Shown: positions 45,108 through 50,612 of the stretch, in pieces
How positions within the stretch are numbered: position 1 is the first letter of the stretch
Layout of the letters: every line of letters begins with the position of its first letter
Source: Gemmatimonadales bacterium
GTDB taxonomy: Bacteria; Gemmatimonadota; Gemmatimonadetes; Gemmatimonadales; GWC2-71-9
DNA: 50,612 bases
Direction: 5' to 3'
NCBI GenBank assembly: GCA_050733015.1
Contig: JBOHSB010000025.1
Coordinates: forward strand, 1 to 50,612
Program-made: the position numbers and the translations under genes
The notes under the pieces: model-generated
Database searches by the model: none
Told to the model about the DNA's origin: nothing
The model's input: only the letters and a program-made list of their open reading frames with translations

Positions 45108-45518
45108 ATGGACAGTACGCCCCGTTCTCCTGGCGTGGCGCTTAGCCCTCCATCGGCCGCGGTCGCCACACCCCGCGACCGTCTTCTCATCTGTGGCTGC
45201 ATCCTCCTCGTCACCGCCCTGGCCTGGGTGTATCTCATTCACCTCGCTCGGCACATGGAGTCTCCCATCGACGCGGACATGATGGCGAAGATGGGAATGG
45301 CGACGAGTCAGCCATGGACGGCGAGTGACGTGTTCTCCACGTGGGTGATGTGGTCGGTGATGATGATCGGCATGATGGCGGCGTCCACGTTACCGGTGCT
45401 CCTCCTCTTCGCTGGCGTGCACGCTCGGCGCGCGGAGGGCGGCCGATCGCTGGCCGTGCTGTCCTTCGGGCTCGGCTACTTCGCCGTCTGGCTGGGGTTC
45501 AGTGCCTTTCATATGTAA
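45108..45518 (+). pseudogene. DUF2182-like membrane protein, C-terminally truncated
   Basis: RDRLLICGCILLVTALAWVYL ... FSTWVMWSVMMIGMMAASTLPVLLLF ... GLGYFAVWLGFSA resembles DUF2182. It ends at 136 aa, about half of the family length as I recall it. Confidence 0.45.
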
Positions 45519-45599
45519 CCCGGCCTTCAGCCGTCGGTTACCGAGGCACGACGGCCGGCTCTTGAGGATCGCGCGCCGGCTCACGATCCAGTGTCACCC

Positions 45600-45627
45600 C
45601 CTACTGCGCTCGCATCGTGATGACCGG
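45600..45627. repeat. 28-bp direct repeat, copy 1 (encodes DPVITMRAQ-stop on the minus strand)
   Basis: CCTACTGCGCTCGCATCGTGATGACCGG is identical to 46435-46462. Confidence 0.9.
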
Positions 45628-45635
45628 GTCGTTCC

Positions 45636-46223
45636 TCACCCCTTCCTGGTCCACGGCGGCACGATCGAGTTCATCCGGGCATAAGCCACCAACTGGCCCA
45701 GATGTTCGTGCAGGTCGTTGAGGGTATAGGTCGTCGCCGCGCGGGGCAGAGTGCGCTGCCCGTAGTACCTGATTGGGGTGTTGATCGTCGCCCGCGACAG
45801 CCCGGCCAACGTGGTGCTCAGACTCTGCATGGCCCGGTCCATCACGGCGATCAGCTGGTCGTCCGTGAGCTTCTTGAGCCGCGCCTCCTCGGCGTCGAAA
45901 TCGGCCAGCGATCCTGCCGGCAAGGGGCGGCCGAACATCGCGGTCTCAGTATTCCCCTCCGCGGCGATATGGGCAAAAACTTCCCGGAACGAGCGCGTCC
46001 CCTTCATCGGACGCCAGGTGAGCTTGTCGGCGGGCACCGCTTTGGCGAGTGCCATGAACTTCTTCCGCAAGCCATCAATGTCTTCCTGCTGGACCTGACG
46101 CCAGGCGGCGAATTCGGCCGAGTCACCTACGGCTGTCTGCGCCCGGAGCGGAGCGCCTGGAAACCCGGTCAGCCCCACCACCAGAACGAGGGCCGGGGCG
46201 GGCCAGAGACAAGGCCTAGGCAT
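45636..46223 (-). CDS. DinB-family protein with a signal peptide
   Basis: GGGAGGA RBS before the ATG at 46223. ...FREVFAHIAAEG... and LHEHLGQLVAYARMNSIVPPW are typical of the DinB fold. Confidence 0.8.
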   Translation of the reverse strand: MPRPCLWPAPALVLVVGLTGFPGAPLRAQTAVGDSAEFAAWRQVQQEDIDGLRKKFMALAKAVPADKLTWRPMKGTRSFREVFAHIAAEGNTETAMFGRPLPAGSLADFDAEEARLKKLTDDQLIAVMDRAMQSLSTTLAGLSRATINTPIRYYGQRTLPRAATTYTLNDLHEHLGQLVAYARMNSIVPPWTRKG

Positions 46224-46434
46224 GCTATCCTCCCTTGAAAGGGAATGGTGTGCTGAGTAGTTGCTCGTACGAGACGGGACGGGGAAGGTTCCACGGGTCG
46301 CGATCTGGGTTCGATCGTCCCGAGCGAAGCCAGCAGGGAGTGTCATCGGGGTCGTGCCCGCACCAAATGTATGGTCCGCTGATCGCCCACGGCGAGCGGC
46401 GCACCGCCGCATGGGCTCCGCCCGGCCTGGCGGG

Positions 46435-46462
46435 CCTACTGCGCTCGCATCGTGATGACCGG
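46435..46462. repeat. 28-bp direct repeat, copy 2
   Basis: Identical to 45600-45627. Confidence 0.9.
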
Positions 46463-46519
46463 ATCCACCCGTAACGCTTGGAGCGCCGGAATCCAGCTGG
46501 CCGCGATTCCGACGGCCCC
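46436..46519 (-). pseudogene. C-terminal remnant of an FtsX/MacB-type (ADOP-like) permease gene
   Basis: The minus strand reads GAVGIAASWIPALQALRVDPVITMRAQ-stop, the canonical last helix/tail of FtsX-like permeases. No upstream body remains. Confidence 0.55.
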
Positions 46520-46568
46520 GCACGCGCACTCCCACCGCGCCCGATTCGTGTCCGCCGTCCAATCGGCC

Positions 46569-47306
46569 TCAGTCCGGGTACTCGTCCTTCCGCCACGAGC
46601 GGGGCTCGGCGGGTTGACTCTTCGGCGTTCGGTCGAGCAGGAAACTGTAGTACGGCGCGACGAACGGGTCCGGCGCCGAGACCGTATAGGTATGGTAGAC
46701 GGTCCCGTTCTCTCGCGCGAAGCTGATCCAGCTCGGGTTCTCCCGCAACCCGTCCTTGAGCTCGGCGCCGATCTGGCGTGACCACTCCTTCAGCCAATCA
46801 GGCGGGTTGTCGATCATCTTCTTGACGTCGGAAATTTGCTGCGATTGCTCCTCGGTCAGCACGAGTCCGAAGTCGAAGGCGAAATCGGTATTGTAGGTAG
46901 AGACGTAAGAGAAATGCCATCCCATCCGCCGCTTGTAGGCGCTCAGTCGCTCGATCGGTGCACGCGAGAAGCATAGCAGCGTCACGTCGCAATGGTTCAG
47001 GTGGACGAGCGAGCCGTCGAGCCCGTCGCCTACGCTGGTGCAGCCGGGGCAGGCGCCGAGCGTGTAGTCAGGGCCAAACATGATGTTGTAGGCGAGGAGC
47101 TGAGAGCGCCCGTCGAAGAGCTCGGCCAGGCTCTTCTTGCCGCCCTCGGTGTCGAATTCGTACTCCTTCTCGACACGGACCCACGGGAGCTCGAGACGCT
47201 TTTCTTTGATCTCCTTGTCTCGTTCCGCTTGCTCGGCCTCGAGCTTGGCGAGCTCGTCGCGGGCCACTTGCCACTCCTCGCGGGTACCAATCTTGTGCTC
47301 AGGCAT
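46569..47306 (-). CDS. DUF899 thioredoxin-like family protein
   Basis: LLAYNIMFGPDYTLGACPGCTSVGD...HLNHCDVTLLCFSRAPIERLSAYKRRMGWHFSYVS is the family signature. G+C is visibly lower than in the neighbours. Confidence 0.88.
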   Translation of the reverse strand: MPEHKIGTREEWQVARDELAKLEAEQAERDKEIKEKRLELPWVRVEKEYEFDTEGGKKSLAELFDGRSQLLAYNIMFGPDYTLGACPGCTSVGDGLDGSLVHLNHCDVTLLCFSRAPIERLSAYKRRMGWHFSYVSTYNTDFAFDFGLVLTEEQSQQISDVKKMIDNPPDWLKEWSRQIGAELKDGLRENPSWISFARENGTVYHTYTVSAPDPFVAPYYSFLLDRTPKSQPAEPRSWRKDEYPD

Positions 47307-47315
47307 GTCCTTCTC

Positions 47316-47516
47316 CCCTTCGGTTCGACGCTGTGGTACGGGATGCAGGCGTATGCCAAAGAGGGCAAGGTCGTCTGCTTCTTCCAGAGCGCGCAGAAGT
47401 TCAAGACCAGGTACGCGACGCTCGGTGACGGCCAGCTGTGGCCCCCCTCCTTCGCGCTGAAGGTGCTGACGGCCGCGGAAGAGGCGACGACCGCCGAGCT
47501 GGTGAAGAAAGCGTGA
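47316..47516 (+). pseudogene. 5'-truncated remnant of a DUF1801-type (iron-chaperone-like) gene
   Basis: STLWYGMQAYAKEGKVVCFFQSAQKFKTRYATLG..WPPSFALKVLTAAEEATTAELVKKA matches the C-terminal third of that family as I recall it. The upstream part is overlapped by the DUF899 start. An ATG at 47343 would give only 57 aa. Confidence 0.45.
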
Positions 47517-47525
47517 GCTGAGGGC

Positions 47526-48182
47526 TCAGCCCGCCCCGGGCCGCGCGAACTTGAGGTGGGTGACCTCGCGGGTCGCCGCGGTCCGTACCGGGCGGAGCCC
47601 GTGCAGCTCGGTCCCGGTCCCCTCGAACAACCGCTCTCCGCCGCCGAGCAGCACCGGCACGAGGTGGAGCTCCATTTCATCCACTAGCCCGGCCTTGAGG
47701 TACTGCTGCGCCGCACTGGCGCCGCCGGCGAGCGTGACGTCCTTGCCTCCCGCCGCCTCGCGGGCTCGGGTGAGCGCTTCCTCGATCCCGCCGGTCACGA
47801 AGTTGAAGGTGGTTCCGCCTTTCATCGCGAGCGGTGGCCGGGCATGGTGTGTCAGCACAAAAACCGGGTGATGGAACGGCGGGTCGGCGCCCCACCACCC
47901 CTTCCACGGCTCCTCCCGCGCCTCCCACGAGCCCGGGTGGCCGCCGAACATGTTGCGGCCCATGATCGTGGCGCCGATGTTGGTGAGAGACTCGTCGATC
48001 ACTCGCGTGCTCTCGTTCACCTCGCCGCCCGGGAGCCCGTGCGCCTCGCGCCAGGCCGCCAGGCCGACAACCCACTCGTGGAGCTGCTCCCCGCCGATGC
48101 CGAGAGGGTCTTTCAGGCTCTGCCGGGGGCCGGCGACGAAGCCGTCGAGGGACATCGAGATCGTGAAACGCAATCGTGACAT
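47526..48182 (-). CDS. dihydrofolate-reductase-like (RibD C-terminal domain) family protein
   Basis: MSRLRFTISMSLDGFVAG...IMGRNMF...VTLAGGASAAQQYLKAGLVDEMELHLVPVLLGGGERLF. It lies 14 nt downstream of the paaD stop. Confidence 0.85.
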   Translation of the reverse strand: MSRLRFTISMSLDGFVAGPRQSLKDPLGIGGEQLHEWVVGLAAWREAHGLPGGEVNESTRVIDESLTNIGATIMGRNMFGGHPGSWEAREEPWKGWWGADPPFHHPVFVLTHHARPPLAMKGGTTFNFVTGGIEEALTRAREAAGGKDVTLAGGASAAQQYLKAGLVDEMELHLVPVLLGGGERLFEGTGTELHGLRPVRTAATREVTHLKFARPGAG

Positions 48183-48196
48183 GGCTAGTCCTGGTG

Positions 48197-48703
48197 CTAG
48201 ATCGCCTTGAACTCCTCGAACGGCTGGTGGCAGTGGTGGCAGTAGTGGATGGCTTTGCAGGCAGTGGACCCGAACTCGCTCTTGCGCTCGGTGTTCGAGG
48301 AGCCGCAGTAGGGGCAGGGGGCGTGACGCACCGACGACAGCAAGGGAACCAGCGCCTGCTCGACGACGGCGTTGCCGGGAGGAGCGATGCCGTAGGCCTT
48401 GAGCTTCGCCTTGGCCGCGTCACTCAGCCAGTCGGTGGTCCAGGCCGGCGAGTACACCGTCCGGAGCTCGACCCGGTCGTAGCCGTTGGCGTTGAGCGCG
48501 GCTACGATGTCCTGCTCGATCGTACCCATCGCGGGACAGCCGGAGTAGGTCGGCGTCACCTCCACCACCACCGCGCCGTCGGGTCCCAGCTCCACCCTCC
48601 GAACGATCCCGAGCTCGACGATGTCCAGGGCCGGGACCTCGGGATCCGGGATGCCACGCAGCACCTCCAACAGGGCCTCCTCGGCGCCTGCCCGACTCAC
48701 CAT
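48197..48703 (-). CDS. paaD: phenylacetyl-CoA 1,2-epoxidase subunit D
   Basis: IPDPEVPALDIVELGIVR...TPTYSGCPA...SPAWTTDW...SEFGSTACKAIHYCHHCHQPFEEFK is colinear with recalled PaaD. Confidence 0.92.
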   Translation of the reverse strand: MVSRAGAEEALLEVLRGIPDPEVPALDIVELGIVRRVELGPDGAVVVEVTPTYSGCPAMGTIEQDIVAALNANGYDRVELRTVYSPAWTTDWLSDAAKAKLKAYGIAPPGNAVVEQALVPLLSSVRHAPCPYCGSSNTERKSEFGSTACKAIHYCHHCHQPFEEFKAI

Positions 48704-49458
48704 TTCGCCCCCGCGTGCGAGCGCGCGAGGATCTGCATCTCGGCCAGCAGGTGGCCCAGGTGCTCAGTGTGCCGTCCCTGGCGGCCACCAGAGTGCATGT
48801 AGCCCTCGGGTGGCAGTGTGAGGGTCGCCCGGCGAGCCACGTCGCTCACGACCTCACGCCAGGCGGGCTCGAGCGCCGCCGGCTCCGGTGCGCCCGCGCC
48901 CGCGAGCCGCCGGTCCACCTCGTCGGCCGCGAACAGCTCGCCGGTGTAGGGCCAGAGCTCGTCCAGCGCCGTCTGGACCCGCCGGTGACTCTCCTCCGTG
49001 CCGTCGCCCAGTCGAACGACCCACTCGCCGCTGTGGCGGACGTGATAGCGGGCTTCCTTGTAGGCCTTGGCCGCGATGCCGGCGAGCTTGGGGTGGGCCG
49101 CCCGTTGGAGGCCGTCCAGCAGCAACACGCTCCAGGCGTCGAACAGGAACTGGCGTACGATGGTGCGGCCGAAGTCGCCGTTGGGGAGCTCGACCAGGTT
49201 GATGTTGCGGTACTCGATGGCGTCGCGGAAGTAGGCCAGGGCGTCCTCGTCGCGCCCCTTCCCTTCGACCTGGCCGGCCAGCTGGAGGAAGTGCGTCGCC
49301 TGGCCGATGAGATCGAGCGCGACGTTGGCGAGCGCGATGTCCTCCTCGAGGACGGGGCCGTGGCCGCACCATTCGGACAACCGGTGCCCCAGGACCAGGC
49401 GATCGTCGCCCAGCCGGAGCAGATACTCGAAGAGGGCCTCCTCCTGCGAGTCCCGCAC
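48697..49458 (-). CDS. paaC: phenylacetyl-CoA 1,2-epoxidase subunit C
   Basis: LFEYLLRLGDDRLVLGHRLSEWCGHGPVLEEDIALANVALDLIGQA is typical of PaaC. Operon position. Confidence 0.92.
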   Translation of the reverse strand: MRDSQEEALFEYLLRLGDDRLVLGHRLSEWCGHGPVLEEDIALANVALDLIGQATHFLQLAGQVEGKGRDEDALAYFRDAIEYRNINLVELPNGDFGRTIVRQFLFDAWSVLLLDGLQRAAHPKLAGIAAKAYKEARYHVRHSGEWVVRLGDGTEESHRRVQTALDELWPYTGELFAADEVDRRLAGAGAPEPAALEPAWREVVSDVARRATLTLPPEGYMHSGGRQGRHTEHLGHLLAEMQILARSHAGAKW

Positions 49459-49459
49459 T

Positions 49460-49768
49460 TCACTCCACCCGCACGCCGCGGGGCGTCTTATAGAACTGCG
49501 GGTGACGATAGGGCTTGTCGTCGGCGGGATCGAAGAAGGGACCGCGGTCCTCCGGGCTCGACGCGACGATCGCCGCGCTGGGCACGACCCAGACGCTCAC
49601 GGCCTCGCCCCGACGCGCGTAGACGTCGCGGGCATTCTGCAGGGCGATCTCCGAATCCGGCGCGTGCACGCTCCCGGCATGCTCGTGCGGGGCGCCGTCC
49701 TTCGCCTGGGTGAACACCTCCCAGAGCGGCCACTGGTCGCTCCCGGGCTCGTTGGCGGCGGCGGCCAT
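49460..49768 (-). CDS. paaB: phenylacetyl-CoA 1,2-epoxidase subunit B
   Basis: WPLWEVFTQAKDGAPHEHAGSVHAPDSEIALQNARDVYARR...FFDPADDKPYRHPQFY is colinear with recalled PaaB. ATG at 49768. Confidence 0.92.
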   Translation of the reverse strand: MAAAANEPGSDQWPLWEVFTQAKDGAPHEHAGSVHAPDSEIALQNARDVYARRGEAVSVWVVPSAAIVASSPEDRGPFFDPADDKPYRHPQFYKTPRGVRVE

Positions 49769-49784
49769 GGGCTCCCCGCCGGCC

Positions 49785-50612
49785 TCAGGCCGCCGGCGCC
49801 GTGCTGCGGCGGCGCTGCTTCTCGGCGAACGCCGCCGCCGCCTCACGTACCCAGACACCCTCGTCGTGCGCGGCGCGCCGAGCCGCGAGGCGCTCCCGGT
49901 TGCAGGGGCCGTTGCCGCCGATGACCTGTTTGAACTCCGCCCAGTCGATCTCGCCGAACTCCCAGTGCTTGGTCTCGGCGTTGTAGCGGAGCTTGGGGTC
50001 GGGCAGCGTGAGTTTCACCGCCTGGGCCTGGGCCACGGTCAGATCCACGAACCGCTGCCGGAGCTCGTCGTTGCTGAACCGTTTCACCCGCCAGCGGAGC
50101 AGGTCCGCGCTGTTGGGGGAGTTGACGTCGCTGGGGCCGAACATCATCAGGGTCGGCCACCACCACCGGTTCACCGCATCCTGCACCATGGCCCGCTGCG
50201 CGGGCGTGCCGCCGGCCAGCGTCGCGACGATCTCGTAGCCTTGCCGCTTGTGGAAGTTCTCTTCCTTGCAGATCCGGACCATCGCCCGCGCGTACGGGCC
50301 GTACGAGGCCTTCGCCAGCACGGTCTGGTTCACGATCGCGGCCCCATCGACGAACCAGCCGATGCACCCGATGTCCGCCCACGTCAGGGTCGGGTAGTTG
50401 AAGATGCTGGAATACTTCGCCTTGCCGCTCAAGAGCTGGTCGATCAGCTCGGCGCGGGCCACGCCCAGCGTCTCGGTGGCGCAGTAGATGTAGAGCCCGT
50501 GGCCCGCTTCGTCCTGGACCTTGGCGAGCAGGCACAGCTTGCGCCGCAGGGAGGGTGCGCGGGTGATCCAGTTGCCCTCGGGCAGCATGCCCACGATCTC
50601 CGAGTGCGCATG
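49785..50612 (-). CDS. paaA: phenylacetyl-CoA 1,2-epoxidase catalytic subunit A (5' end outside the window)
   Basis: ...[22 protein letters not shown]...[14 protein letters not shown]... are di-iron ligand motifs. The ORF runs off the window end. Confidence 0.92.
   Translation of the reverse strand, partial: HAHSEIVGMLPEGNWITRAPSLRRKLCLLAKVQDEAGHGLYIYCATETLGVARAELIDQLLSGKAKYSSIFNYPTLTWADIGCIGWFVDGAAIVNQTVLAKASYGPYARAMVRICKEENFHKRQGYEIVATLAGGTPAQRAMVQDAVNRWWWPTLMMFGPSDVNSPNSADLLRWRVKRFSNDELRQRFVDLTVAQAQAVKLTLPDPKLRYNAETKHWEFGEIDWAEFKQVIGGNGPCNRERLAARRAAHDEGVWVREAAAAFAEKQRRRSTAPAA

Noticed and set aside
45530-45555. Hairpin GCCGTCG-N12-CGACGGC after the truncated DUF2182 ORF, and hairpin CCCGGGC-N11-GCCCGGG at 39767-39791 after E2, as intrinsic terminators
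   Set aside because: The stems are short (7 bp) with no convincing U-tract. Such GC palindromes are frequent in this composition, so I did not call them as features.
45636-46562. Full 308-aa version of the DinB-family ORF
   Set aside because: The N-terminal 113 residues are non-protein-like and read through the permease relic in another frame. The internal ATG at 46223 has a GGGAGGA RBS and starts a proper signal peptide.
44500-47520. Mobile element (IS, integron or prophage) responsible for the mosaic region
   Set aside because: I looked for transposase, integrase or recombinase motifs and for terminal inverted repeats around the direct repeats and found none. I call the region only a rearrangement hotspot.

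Overview
This is a high-G+C, gene-dense bacterial chromosomal segment. The repeated Ser/Thr-kinase + TolB-like + TPR architecture and the FtsX/ADOP-type permease remnants suggest a Gemmatimonadota/Acidobacteriota-like genome, but that is inference only. I recognised no rRNA, tRNA, CRISPR array, transposase or integrase.

Main content:
1. A phenylacetate (paa) catabolic supercluster in two pieces. One piece is paaK-aminotransferase-paaZ-paaY-paaJ divergent from paaG-paaH-paaI-E1(alpha/beta fusion)-E2, at about 27.5-39.7 kb. The other is paaA(partial)-B-C-D at about 48.2-50.6 kb.
2. About 8.4 kb of mosaic DNA between the two pieces. It carries a kinase, an atypical ALDH, a near-identical duplicate of the E2 lipoyl domain, and several gene fragments.
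3. A four-gene exported-protein operon at 4.4-10.4 kb. It includes a vWA/CxxCH/toroid-repeat lipoprotein and a transglutaminase-fold lipoprotein whose predicted nucleophile is Ser instead of Cys.
4. Two intact transmembrane Ser/Thr kinases, one decayed paralogue with an in-frame TGA, one roughly 40-90 bp kinase relic, and a membrane-anchored SARP regulator. All carry or derive from the same TolB-like/TPR sensor module.
5. A visibly lower-G+C islet at about 13.1-14.4 kb with a small membrane protein, an RHH-like protein and a composite palindrome.

Many long ORFs in the track are out-of-frame or antisense shadows typical of GC-rich DNA and were not called. All functional calls come from reading motifs and recalled family signatures; no database search was run.
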